Assembly (NCBI GenBank): GCA_030614005.1
Contig: JAUWKS010000003.1
Span: 83,548-115,547, forward strand
Direction: 5' to 3'
DNA length: 32,000 bases
Source: Candidatus Heimdallarchaeota archaeon
Lineage (GTDB): Archaea; Asgardarchaeota; Heimdallarchaeia; JABLTI01
Positions 1 through 9,393 of this stretch are shown in pieces. Position 1 is the stretch's first letter. The number at the start of each line of letters is the position of its first letter. The translations under genes and the position numbers were made by a program. The notes under the pieces were generated by a model that searched no databases, had not been told where the DNA came from, and saw only the letters and a program-made list of their open reading frames with translations.

Positions 1-1
1 A

Positions 2-970
2 CGAATAAAAGAGGAATATTCTGGCAAACCACCAAATCAGGATTCTGAAATTATCGCTGCAACTAAAGATGCCGAAATATTGTTGGGACCTTATGTAACA
101 GAAGAAATTCTTGAGCAAGCATTACCCAAAAATGGTGGAAAACTTAAACTAATAATTGTACCATGGACAGGTATCGATAGACTAAATTTCGATTTATTAA
201 GAAAATATCCAGTTGTTGTTGCTAATAGTCATGGAAATGCTCGAACTGTTGCTGAACACGCAATAGCTCTTCTTCTTACAGCAGCTAAAAATATCATTCA
301 TCATGATAGATTACTCAGAAAGGGTGACTGGAGTTCACGATTCAAACGTATGCCTTCTGTAAGCATAACTGGCATGACTGTAGGGTTGTTGGGGTTTGGA
401 GCGATTGGGACCGAATGTGCAAAGCTTCTCAAAGGTTTTGATGTCAAAATTATTGGTTGCAGGAGAACTCTAGAAAAGTCAACTGAAGAGCAAAAAAAAC
501 TTGCAGAGAAAATCTACTCAATTACTGAATTGAAAACCTTTCTAAATGATGTAGATGTCGTGATTGATTCTTTACCGCTCACACAGGATACGAAAGATAT
601 CCTTAACAAAAGAGAATTTGATTGGATGAAAGATGGAGTTATTCTTGTCAATGTTGGAAGAGGCCAAACAGTAAATGAAGAAGCGATATATAATGCTGTA
701 AAAGAAGGTAAGGTTTTTGCAGCTGGTTTGGACCCCCAATGGAAATATCCGCCAAGAGGCAAAACTGGTGAAAGAGACCTAACAGAAAAAAATTACCCCT
801 CTAATTTTCCAATACACGAATTTGATCAAGTAGTCCTCAGCCCTCACCGTGCTGCAGATCTAGCAGAAGGATATGAACGAAAACATTGGTTTGATGTAAT
901 TGAAAATATCTTAAGAATCTATAAAGACGAAAAACCAATAAATATTGTTAATTTAGATTTGAGTTATTAA
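2..970 (+). CDS. D-isomer-specific 2-hydroxyacid dehydrogenase, 5'-truncated by the window edge
   Basis: The frame is open from base 2 (RIKEEYSGKPP...), so the TTG at 80 is not the true start. Motifs: VANSHGNARTVAEHA, Rossmann GLLGFGAIG, NVGRG (catalytic Arg), LD, SPHRAA (catalytic His). Confidence 0.9.
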   Translation, partial: RIKEEYSGKPPNQDSEIIAATKDAEILLGPYVTEEILEQALPKNGGKLKLIIVPWTGIDRLNFDLLRKYPVVVANSHGNARTVAEHAIALLLTAAKNIIHHDRLLRKGDWSSRFKRMPSVSITGMTVGLLGFGAIGTECAKLLKGFDVKIIGCRRTLEKSTEEQKKLAEKIYSITELKTFLNDVDVVIDSLPLTQDTKDILNKREFDWMKDGVILVNVGRGQTVNEEAIYNAVKEGKVFAAGLDPQWKYPPRGKTGERDLTEKNYPSNFPIHEFDQVVLSPHRAADLAEGYERKHWFDVIENILRIYKDEKPINIVNLDLSY

Positions 971-998
971 TAAAAAAAAAGATTGAAAAGAGCCAGCT

Positions 999-3900
999 TT
1001 ATTTTGCTGGTTCTATTTTTGATTTTGGTCCGTGACCAATCCAATGTTTCAGTATATATTTTCCGACCAAGAATTTCGCTAATTCCATTAAGAGTGCTGC
1101 AATAACACAAATGCCTATGACTAACAACCAATCATAAAGTCCTATTGGCATACTGTTGAAGACAGTATTATTAATACCAAATTCAGGTTTCATAGGAACA
1201 TAAATGGCAACCATTTGAAGACTAAGAGCTAATCCAACTGACATCCAAAGCCATTTGTTATTGAATGGATTCATTCTTAATGTTGTTCTTTCAAAACCGG
1301 ATCGAGTGATAAAAACATTGAACATTTCAAATAAAACAGACATTGTAAAGTTTAGTGTCTGACCATAGGAATACCAAACTTCTGAACTAACTCCACCAGT
1401 ATAATGATTGAGGTTTGTTTCTTTTGTAAATATCAAAGCAAAATTTTTCATCCAAGTTGGTGTGGTATCAAGTGCCGCATTAACAGCTGCTATTTGCTCA
1501 TCTAAATCTGTAATAACTGTTACATCAATGATATTTGCTTCACCAACATAAGCTAATGGAACAAAAACAATCATACTAGCTGAGAAAGCTAATAATCCCG
1601 CGATAATTGAAAAGATATAGATATCTTTCATAAATCCTTCATTTTTCTTTCTTGGAGGTTCACGCATAATGCCTTCAAATGGTGGGTCAACACTTAAAGC
1701 AATAGCCGGCAATCCATCAGTTACTAGATTGATCCAAAGAATTTGGATGGCTGTGTAAGGTGATCCTAAACCCAAGAAAACAACGCAAACAAATACAGTT
1801 AGAATTTCATCAAAATTACTTGCAATTAGATATCTGATGAACTTGAGCATATTTTGGAATATTGTTCTTCCTCGCTCCACTGCTGTGACTATAGTTGCGA
1901 AATTGTCATCTGCTAGAACCATTTGTGCAGCTTCTCGAGTAACATCTGTTCCTTGGATGCCCATTGCTATACCTATATCTGCTTTTTTGATAGCTGGTGC
2001 ATCGTTTACTCCATCACCTGTGGTTGCTACTACGTGTCCTTTTTCTTGGAACATACTTACAATTCTATGTTTGTGCTCTGGACTCACTCTGGCAAAAATT
2101 GAAACATCCTCGATAATATCACTTAATTCTTCATCAGACATTGCTTCTAATTCAACACCAGTAACAGTCTTCCATTTATCGCCTTGAATTAAACCAATAT
2201 CTTTTGCAATTGCTTCAGCAGTTATTTTTTGGTCACCAGTGACCATGACTGCCTCAATACCAGCAGTTCGACATCTTAGCAAAGCACCTTTGACTTCTGG
2301 CCTTGCAGGATCTATTAAACCTAACAATCCAAGGAATACGAGGTCTGTTTCGATGTTTGCTTCTAGTTCAGATAGAAAGTCTTCTTTATCAACTTTAATC
2401 AATCTTTCATCTACAACTCTGTAAGCCAGTGCTAAAACACGCAATGCTCTTGAAGCCATCTCATCATTCATTTCAAGTATTTTTTCTTTAACGCCATCAG
2501 AGAGAGAAGACACCTTACCATCAATAGAAATGAAACTACAATGTTCTAACAAAACAGGAGGTGAACCTTTAGAGTAAGCAATGAGATCTTCTTCAAATTC
2601 CTTTGAATCAGAAAATCGATTAATAGTTGTCATTCGCTTTCTTTGAGAATCAAAGAATATCTCTGCTTCCCTTTTGTATAATTTTTCATCATACATTCCC
2701 GCTTTTCTAGCAAGTACCATCAATGAGACTTCAGTAGGATCACCAATAATTTCAATATCATCTGTTTCTTTGTCAAAGTGTACTATTGAATTATTACATA
2801 ATAAAGAAACGCGAGCCATTTTTTCAATGTCAGGTGATCGTAACGGATCAACTACCTTACCATCTTCAATAAATTGTCCAATAGGTTTGTAACCTTCCCC
2901 AGTAATTTTAATTTGATGGTTTAGTGTTCTGACTTCTACAACTGTCATTTCATTCTTTGTCAAAGTGCCTGTTTTATCACTACAAATAACATCAACAATA
3001 CCTAATGTTTCAACAGCAGGTAGACGGGAAATAATAGCATTTTGTTTTGCCATCATTCGTACACCAATGGCATAAGTAAGTGTTATAGCTGCTGGCAATC
3101 CTTCTGGAATCGCTGAAACTGCTAATGCAATCGCATTTTCTAATGCTTCAACCACATGGTCAATTTCTATCTCATGTAATACAGCTACCTCATGCAATAT
3201 TGTAGCTCCGAAAACAATTGCACAAATTATTATTATTGTTAAACCAAGTATTTTACCAAGTTTATCAAGATTCTTTTGGAGAGGGGTAGGTTCTTCTTTT
3301 TCGCTTTGCATTAAAGCAGCAATTTTACCCATTTCGGTTTCCATACCCGTATCAACAACAATCGCTTTAGCTCTTCCATAAGTAACAGTTGTACCCATGA
3401 AAAGCATATTACGACGATCACCAATAACAGCATTAACAGCTATAAGTTGTTTTGGGCTTTTACTAAGACTAATAGATTCACCAGTCAATGCACTCTCGTC
3501 TACTTTCAAACTGGTCGATTCGAGTAATCTCATATCTGCTGGAACCTTTTCTCCTGCCTCAATAAGAACAATATCACCTACAACAAGGTTTGTCGAATCA
3601 ATTACATGTTCATCACCATTACGAATTACTCGAACTTCCTTGCTCACCATTTTTTTAAGTTCTTCTAATGATTTTTCTGCTTGATACTCTTGAATAAACC
3701 CAATTAAACCGTTAACAATAACGATTGCAAAAATTACAATTGCTTCAACATATTCCTCAAAAATAATTGAAACAATTGCAGCAATAAATAGAAGGCCGAT
3801 TAAGATATCAAAGAATTGACCTAGAAACAGAAGCATGAGATTAGTTTTGCCTTTTTCAACTAGAACATTCAAACCATATTTTTCTACTCTATAGGCAATC

Positions 3901-4046
3901 TCTTTGTCATCTAACCCTAAAGTGGGGTTGACGTCTAACTTTTCTAGTACTTCTCCAGTATCCATCGCATGATATGCACGGTCTGGACCTGCTTCCGCAA
4001 TTTTCCTATCGATTTCGTCTTGTTTATTTTTCCTGTTTCTGGACAT
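999..4046 (-). CDS. Ca2+-transporting P-type ATPase, P2A/SERCA-like
   Basis: TGES, IPEGLP, DKTGTLT, KGSP, DPAR, VTGD and TGDGVND motifs. Membrane Ca-site motifs SNFDE, WINLVTDGLP and FEMFN. Confidence 0.95.
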   Translation of the reverse strand: MSRNRKNKQDEIDRKIAEAGPDRAYHAMDTGEVLEKLDVNPTLGLDDKEIAYRVEKYGLNVLVEKGKTNLMLLFLGQFFDILIGLLFIAAIVSIIFEEYVEAIVIFAIVIVNGLIGFIQEYQAEKSLEELKKMVSKEVRVIRNGDEHVIDSTNLVVGDIVLIEAGEKVPADMRLLESTSLKVDESALTGESISLSKSPKQLIAVNAVIGDRRNMLFMGTTVTYGRAKAIVVDTGMETEMGKIAALMQSEKEEPTPLQKNLDKLGKILGLTIIIICAIVFGATILHEVAVLHEIEIDHVVEALENAIALAVSAIPEGLPAAITLTYAIGVRMMAKQNAIISRLPAVETLGIVDVICSDKTGTLTKNEMTVVEVRTLNHQIKITGEGYKPIGQFIEDGKVVDPLRSPDIEKMARVSLLCNNSIVHFDKETDDIEIIGDPTEVSLMVLARKAGMYDEKLYKREAEIFFDSQRKRMTTINRFSDSKEFEEDLIAYSKGSPPVLLEHCSFISIDGKVSSLSDGVKEKILEMNDEMASRALRVLALAYRVVDERLIKVDKEDFLSELEANIETDLVFLGLLGLIDPARPEVKGALLRCRTAGIEAVMVTGDQKITAEAIAKDIGLIQGDKWKTVTGVELEAMSDEELSDIIEDVSIFARVSPEHKHRIVSMFQEKGHVVATTGDGVNDAPAIKKADIGIAMGIQGTDVTREAAQMVLADDNFATIVTAVERGRTIFQNMLKFIRYLIASNFDEILTVFVCVVFLGLGSPYTAIQILWINLVTDGLPAIALSVDPPFEGIMREPPRKKNEGFMKDIYIFSIIAGLLAFSASMIVFVPLAYVGEANIIDVTVITDLDEQIAAVNAALDTTPTWMKNFALIFTKETNLNHYTGGVSSEVWYSYGQTLNFTMSVLFEMFNVFITRSGFERTTLRMNPFNNKWLWMSVGLALSLQMVAIYVPMKPEFGINNTVFNSMPIGLYDWLLVIGICVIAALLMELAKFLVGKYILKHWIGHGPKSKIEPAK

Positions 4047-4179
4047 TCAATACAACGCCTTTGTTAGATATTGAATTGGGTATTAGTTTATTTACCCATT
4101 TTATATTTAATACACTCACAGTGCACATTTAATTAATTAATTTTATTATCAAAAAAATCTTTGAGTAAAAACCTTTCTA

Positions 4180-4833
4180 TCAAAAGAAAGAAAGTATTTT
4201 ATCTCTGATATGAGATTCAGTGTTAATAGCAGTAATTAAGGCACTTTTACGAGCTAATTCAATAGTATTAGCTGCTACAATCAATATTTTTGTTTGCTTT
4301 TGTTTTGGTTTGTTGAATAAGCTATCCATTTTTAATTCTAAATCTGGAAAATAATTTAACACCTGAATTTCATTTTCTGGAAACTTTATTGTTAAATCAT
4401 CTGTTATGTCAAATAATAAAATAGCTTCTGCACCATAAGCAATTGCAATATCCCTTATTTTCCAAGAAGGGTCTTCTTGCTTATTTTTCAAACATTTCAA
4501 TGATGTAAAGTAATGTTGCTTGTTTTCAAATGCCTGATAATCAAAATCACCATAATCATAAAGTCGTTGATTAACCAAAGCAATTACTTTCATACCGTTT
4601 TCTGCAAGAGAATGTCCTGTTCTTCCAGGAGTTGTAGTTAACAGCTTTTTACTTTTACAATAATTGAGCAAAGATTTGGTACTACTCTCGGAGAGAAGTA
4701 GTTTCTCTTGAAGTTTATATCTCCCCATTGATTCTTTCGAAATCAAAATTAATGCTGTAAGTATATCACTGTCTGTGAATTCTGCACGGGCACCACGCTT
4801 GCCTGTTTTTATCCATTTAACAATTTTAGACAT
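4180..4833 (-). CDS. Winged-helix HTH protein, probable archaeal DUF4443-type regulator
   Basis: N-terminal HTH (MGRYKLQEKLLLSESSTKSLLNYCK...GHSLAENG), followed by RDIAIAYGAEA and IVAANTIELARKSALITA, which resemble the DUF4443 C-domain. ATG at 4833 preferred over TTG at 4842. Confidence 0.65.
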   Translation of the reverse strand: MSKIVKWIKTGKRGARAEFTDSDILTALILISKESMGRYKLQEKLLLSESSTKSLLNYCKSKKLLTTTPGRTGHSLAENGMKVIALVNQRLYDYGDFDYQAFENKQHYFTSLKCLKNKQEDPSWKIRDIAIAYGAEAILLFDITDDLTIKFPENEIQVLNYFPDLELKMDSLFNKPKQKQTKILIVAANTIELARKSALITAINTESHIRDKILSFF

Positions 4834-4863
4834 TGAGTACAACTCACTAGTTCACTTTCATAA

Positions 4864-5379
4864 TTAATTTTTCATTTGTTTATTCGTCTTTTTCGAGTCT
4901 TTCACAGTAATAACTATTACCCAAGCAATCCCTGCCAAGAAGGCTACAGATAAAATACCTATTATAATAAATAACCAAACTCTAACTGGATGATCTGTAG
5001 GATCTGCTGGGTCTGTTCCTTTAGCTACTTCAAAACCATCATTGAACCTATCTCCGTCTGTATCCTCATTCCAAGGATCCGTTCCAAAAAGATATTCATC
5101 TATATTTACCAATTCATCAAAATCATAATCAAAATTACTATCATCACGGTCAATATCGAGGTCATTCTCAATTTCCCAGGCATCTGGCATGCCGTCTTGA
5201 TCTGTATCTGTTTCGTTTTCATCATTCAAAACAAAGATTATCTGATACTGATAATTCAATTCTAATTGGTCTGAAGTAAGTAGATTAAAATTATGATTGT
5301 TAGCAGTATCAGCAAGTGGTGTTGCAAGTAGTATTACTACTATCAAAGAAACTGAAAAACGAATAAATGGTTTTTTCAT
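4864..5379 (-). CDS. Membrane-anchored surface protein with thrombospondin type-3-like Ca-binding repeats
   Basis: N-terminal signal-like hydrophobic stretch. Three DxDxDGxxD-like motifs (DTDQDGMPDAWE, DYDFDELVNIDE, DTDGDRFNDGFE) with GTDP turns. C-terminal TM followed by a Lys-rich tail. GAGAGGA upstream of the ATG. Confidence 0.8.
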   Translation of the reverse strand: MKKPFIRFSVSLIVVILLATPLADTANNHNFNLLTSDQLELNYQYQIIFVLNDENETDTDQDGMPDAWEIENDLDIDRDDSNFDYDFDELVNIDEYLFGTDPWNEDTDGDRFNDGFEVAKGTDPADPTDHPVRVWLFIIIGILSVAFLAGIAWVIVITVKDSKKTNKQMKN

Positions 5380-5404
5380 GCATGATCCTCTCTCTAATTT
5401 TAAC

Positions 5405-6091
5405 TTACTTCACTTGAGCCATTTTTTCACTCAATATTACCCAACATTTCGTTGTAATTACTAACTCATCTCCTCTCGATTTTCTAAAAGGATAAGCTCG
5501 TAACCAAAAATCTGTTTCTTCAGTAGCAATTAAAATAACTTCTACACCAAATCTGCCAACGCCACCAATCTTTGTAAAGTACAGATAAAAACTTTGAATT
5601 GCTTTTACTTCAGTGATGTTTTTATTGGGAATTTCTTTCCACCAGAAGATATTTCTCCAACTGATTTTTTCCGGGGTAAATTCTACCTTGAAAGTTAACA
5701 TACAAATTAATCTAATTATTGTGTAAAGATAAGCTAACCCACCGATAATTATTGGTAATAGTAAAACTAGATCTAGTGAAAGAAAAATTAGTCCCGGAAC
5801 AAAACAAGCAGAACCAACAAACATTAAAGGTAAAAATTGTGTGACCATAAATAGCCAAAAATCTCTTTTTTCAATTTTTAAACTATATCCTCGTTTAATT
5901 TTCTCAATAAGCTCTTTTTCATTTTCCTCACTAATTTCAAGTTTAACAGAATGTTTCTCAACAAATTTCTGCCGTTTTTCTTCCACTTCTTTTAGTCCTT
6001 CTCCACCAAGTAGAGACTCTTTCAGAGAAACTCGTACTTTCTCGCTTCTGTTCCGCTTCTTCTTTTCTCCACTCACGTTTAGCACCTTCAA
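5405..6091 (-). CDS. Hypothetical membrane protein: charged N-terminus, 2 TM, possible PH-like beta domain
   Basis: 228-aa ORF with two hydrophobic segments, followed by FKVEFTPEKISWRNIFWWKEIPNKNITEV, a pattern resembling bacterial PH-like domains. Confidence 0.55.
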   Translation of the reverse strand: MKVLNVSGEKKKRNRSEKVRVSLKESLLGGEGLKEVEEKRQKFVEKHSVKLEISEENEKELIEKIKRGYSLKIEKRDFWLFMVTQFLPLMFVGSACFVPGLIFLSLDLVLLLPIIIGGLAYLYTIIRLICMLTFKVEFTPEKISWRNIFWWKEIPNKNITEVKAIQSFYLYFTKIGGVGRFGVEVILIATEETDFWLRAYPFRKSRGDELVITTKCWVILSEKMAQVK

Positions 6092-6313
6092 TATGGAAAT
6101 AATTATCTTATAGCTTTTTTAATGTTAAGTTTAAGCTTTTGAAAAGTGTTTCTAATCCAATTGAAAAACTTAACATAAGAAACCTAACAAATCTCTCCAT
6201 TTAATCATTTTTGATAGGCTACTCAAAAGTACTTAATGCTTTACTAACGATAAATATTTTAAGTAAGGTTATCTTTCTTATATGACTTATATACTTCTGT
6301 AAGGTTGGAAGAT

Positions 6314-6565
6314 ATGGAAGTACACCAGCACCCTGAGAAAAAACATTACATAGTAACAGATGAAACTAGATGCAAAGGTTGTGGACTATGCATAGAGTTT
6401 TGTCCGAAAAATTGCCTTGGTTTTTCGGATGTATTAAATGAAAAAGGATGGCGTGTATCAAAAATGCATCGAATGAAAGATTGCATTAAATGTTACATGT
6501 GCGAACGTATGTGTCCTGATTTTGCGATATTCGTGGATGAAAGTGATGTTCCAAAGAAAAAATGA
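6314..6565 (+). CDS. korD: 2x[4Fe-4S] ferredoxin, delta subunit of 2-oxoacid:ferredoxin oxidoreductase
   Basis: CKGCGLCIEFCP and CIKCYMCERMCPDFAI motifs. First gene of the operon. ATG at 6314 preferred over TTG at 6305. Confidence 0.85.
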   Translation: MEVHQHPEKKHYIVTDETRCKGCGLCIEFCPKNCLGFSDVLNEKGWRVSKMHRMKDCIKCYMCERMCPDFAIFVDESDVPKKK

Positions 6566-6614
6566 TTACGAGCTCAAGGTGAAATAAGATTGATACACAT
6601 AGGAGAAAAAGTCC

Positions 6615-7781
6615 GTGGTAGTAGATAGACAACCAAAGGTTATGACTGGAACCTACTTTAAAAATGGTAATTGGGGTATAGTTGAAGGAGCAATCGCAAG
6701 TGGTATTGCAGAATTTTTTGCTTATCCTATTTCCCCCGCTTCTGAGGTTGTTGAATACATCAGTATTCGCTTACCTGCTGTAGGAGGAAAAGCAGCTTTC
6801 ATCGTAGAAGATGAAATAGCTTCAATAAATATGTGTATTGGAGCCTCCTGGGCGGGGTCCAAAGTTATGACAACAACTTCTGGACCTGGTTTTTCACTTA
6901 AACAAGAAGGAATTGGTCTTGCTTTCATGTCTGAAACACCGATGGTTATAGTTAATGTTCAAAGAGGGGGACCAGCAACTGGTTTGCCCACATTTTCTGC
7001 ACAAGGAGATTATATGCAAGTTCAGTTTGGAACACATGGAGATTATTCAGCCATTGCATTAACACCTTGGACTGTGCAAGAATGCTTTGATTTAACAATT
7101 AAAGCTTTCAATATATCAGAACAGCTCCGCACTCCGGTTATTCTTCTTGCCGATGGTGAGGTGAGTAGAATGATGGAAGAAATTACCATTCCAGAGGAGA
7201 AAGAAATAGAAGTACTTCATAGAAAAACTCCTCCGAAAGGAACTGACAAATCAAATTTTAATCAATTTGATGCTAGAAATGAACCTGATTTAGTTCCACC
7301 AATGGCCCACTATGGTGATGGCTATAAAATATTTGGCACCGGATTAACTCATAAAATCAGTGGTGTGCCTCATTTAGATGAAGATTTACATATTAAGTTA
7401 ATGGGCAGGTTATTTAAGAAAATTGAAATAAACAAACATCTATATCCTGAACCTGAATATCATTTTGTTGACGATGCTGAGGTTGTTATAGTTGCAACAG
7501 GTATTGTTGCTAGATCTGCTATGGAAGCAATTCTTGAAGCAAGAGAAAAAGGAATTAAAGCAGGGTTGATGCGTTTAATTACTGTTTGGCCATTTCCAGA
7601 AGAAGCAGTGGAAAAATTGGCTCAAAAAGCAAAGCTGATTGTTGCAGAAATGAGTATGGGTCAGTTAATTTGGCCTGTGGAACGATTTGCAAGAAAGAAA
7701 TGCAAATTAGTTACTAGGATTGGTGGAACACCTCCAACTCCAAAAAAGATTCTAGAAGCAATAGAAGAAGAAGCAAAATGA
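6615..7781 (+). CDS. korA: 2-oxoacid:ferredoxin oxidoreductase alpha subunit (Kor/Oor-like; substrate not certain)
   Basis: YPISPASE, EDEIAS, TTTSGPGFSLKQE and VQRGGPATG motifs. AGGAGA upstream of the GTG start. Confidence 0.88.
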   Translation: MVVDRQPKVMTGTYFKNGNWGIVEGAIASGIAEFFAYPISPASEVVEYISIRLPAVGGKAAFIVEDEIASINMCIGASWAGSKVMTTTSGPGFSLKQEGIGLAFMSETPMVIVNVQRGGPATGLPTFSAQGDYMQVQFGTHGDYSAIALTPWTVQECFDLTIKAFNISEQLRTPVILLADGEVSRMMEEITIPEEKEIEVLHRKTPPKGTDKSNFNQFDARNEPDLVPPMAHYGDGYKIFGTGLTHKISGVPHLDEDLHIKLMGRLFKKIEINKHLYPEPEYHFVDDAEVVIVATGIVARSAMEAILEAREKGIKAGLMRLITVWPFPEEAVEKLAQKAKLIVAEMSMGQLIWPVERFARKKCKLVTRIGGTPPTPKKILEAIEEEAK

Positions 7782-7791
7782 AGGTGAAATA

Positions 7792-8700
7792 ATGGCTGCA
7801 AAAGACCTCGAAATAGATACAAGTACTCTAGTAAAAAAGCCAAAGAAAACGTTACAACATACTCATGATAATCTCTTACGAAAAATAGCTATTCCAACTA
7901 TTTATTGTCCAGGCTGTGGAATAGGCACTACAATAAACGCTTTTCTGGAAGCGATTACCAAGTATACAATTGTTCCTCATGATAATATTTTAGTTGTAAG
8001 CGGCATTGGATGCTCTGGCAGAGCAAGTGGATATGTGAATCTTGATGGTTTTCATGCATTACATGGTAGAGCTATCCCATTTGCATCAGGTGTAGAAATC
8101 GCCAGACCAAAGATGAAACCTGTCATTATTTCGGGTGATGGGGACCTTTTCTCAATCGGTTTGGGACATTTGGCTCATGCCGCGAGGAGAAATATCGATA
8201 TGACCGTTATTTGTGTAAATAATGCTATTTACGGGTTGACAGGAGGACAAGATGCACCAACAACTCCCGTTGGAGCAAAATCTAGAACTACTCCATATGG
8301 TAAAATTTCATTCCCATTCAATTTATCACATGTTGCTATAGCAAATGGGGCAACATTTTGTGCAAGATATACTGTTTATGAATTTATTCAACTTGCAAAA
8401 GCTATTGGTAGAGGAATGACTCATCAAGGATTTTCCTTCATTGAAGTTATTTCCAACTGTCACGTTAATTTTGGCAGGAGAAATAATCTTGGCGATTCAA
8501 TCGCAATGCGTAAGATGTTTAAGAAAGTGCGAGTACCAATGAAAGAAGAAGACATTGGTCTTGATATACGCAAGACTGACATCAAATATGAAGTTGGTAA
8601 AGGATTTACACGAATCCCAACTGGAATCTTCTTAAATGAAAGAGATAAACCAGAAGAATTTTCGGAGAGGATTATTGATGCCTATGAATTCAACAAATAA
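7792..8700 (+). CDS. korB: 2-oxoacid:ferredoxin oxidoreductase beta subunit (TPP-binding)
   Basis: CPGCG, SGIGCS, HGRA and GDGD...NN...YGLTGGQ motifs. AGGTGA ribosome-binding site upstream. Confidence 0.9.
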   Translation: MAAKDLEIDTSTLVKKPKKTLQHTHDNLLRKIAIPTIYCPGCGIGTTINAFLEAITKYTIVPHDNILVVSGIGCSGRASGYVNLDGFHALHGRAIPFASGVEIARPKMKPVIISGDGDLFSIGLGHLAHAARRNIDMTVICVNNAIYGLTGGQDAPTTPVGAKSRTTPYGKISFPFNLSHVAIANGATFCARYTVYEFIQLAKAIGRGMTHQGFSFIEVISNCHVNFGRRNNLGDSIAMRKMFKKVRVPMKEEDIGLDIRKTDIKYEVGKGFTRIPTGIFLNERDKPEEFSERIIDAYEFNK

Positions 8701-9274
8701 TTGTGACATAAATATAATGATTAGAGGAATAGGTGGTCAAGGTGTCAAGTTAGTTGGTACCATAATTGGTCAAGCTGCTTTGTATGATAAAAGGCATGCT
8801 GTTCAAAGTATGAAATACGGTTCAGCTATTACAGGTGGAGAAACACGCAGTGAAATTAAAGTTTCTACAAAAAAGATCATTTATCCTCGAGTTACTGATA
8901 TTGATGTTTATGTTGCGCTCACACAAGATGATTTAGATAAATATTTTGAATCAGTTGTATACATAGCTGCGAAAGAAGTAGCAGAAAGAATTCCCGAAGC
9001 AATAAAAGATAAAACACTTATGGTACCACTGATGACCATTGCAGAACAAGTCGGTAATATCAGAGCTGCAAATTTGGTTCTTGCAGGAATACTCAATCAA
9101 TTATTCGATCTTGCATCTGAAGAAGCGTTCATAAAAGCAATTGAATATCTCCTCCCAATAAAACATCACGAACTCAATATTAAAGCATTTAAAATGGGTG
9201 AAAAATACGATTTATCTCAAGACAATGACAGCTCAATTCTTGAACAAGCAGATATTTGTAGAATTGAAGAATAA
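8678..9274 (+). CDS. korC: 2-oxoacid:ferredoxin oxidoreductase gamma subunit
   Basis: GIGGQGV, YGSAITGGETRSE and NLVLAG motifs. ATG at 8678 (or 8684) overlaps the end of the beta gene. Confidence 0.85.
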   Translation: MPMNSTNNCDINIMIRGIGGQGVKLVGTIIGQAALYDKRHAVQSMKYGSAITGGETRSEIKVSTKKIIYPRVTDIDVYVALTQDDLDKYFESVVYIAAKEVAERIPEAIKDKTLMVPLMTIAEQVGNIRAANLVLAGILNQLFDLASEEAFIKAIEYLLPIKHHELNIKAFKMGEKYDLSQDNDSSILEQADICRIEE

Positions 9275-9282
9275 AAATGTTT

Positions 9283-9320
9283 GAGGGAAGATTCTTTCCC
9301 TTTCTTGTTTTTCTTTATTT
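9283..9320 (+). terminator. Short hairpin plus T-rich tract after the kor operon
   Basis: GAGGGAAG-ATT-CTTTCCCTT with one bulge, followed by TCTTGTTTTTCTTTATTTTT. Confidence 0.5.
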
Positions 9321-9393
9321 TTGAAATTAGCTCCATTTTTTCTTGTTTAAATATCCTACTCAACTAAAGAAAAAATGGGCGTTGAAAATGAAT

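Noticed and set aside
514-3684. Short ORFs 514-762, 1837-2187, 2239-2424, 2674-2892 and 3397-3684
   Set aside because: All lie antisense within well-supported genes. They are typical shadow ORFs.
6563-6625. Possible selenocysteine read-through of the ferredoxin TGA
   Set aside because: The TGA follows a complete domain and is not at a Cys position. Read-through gives only 20 unremarkable residues, and no SECIS-like element was seen.
4990-8843. Short ORFs 4990-5265, 5841-6113, 6722-6928 and 7661-7843 (and 8908-9096 just beyond)
   Set aside because: Antisense overlaps with stronger genes, with no motifs.
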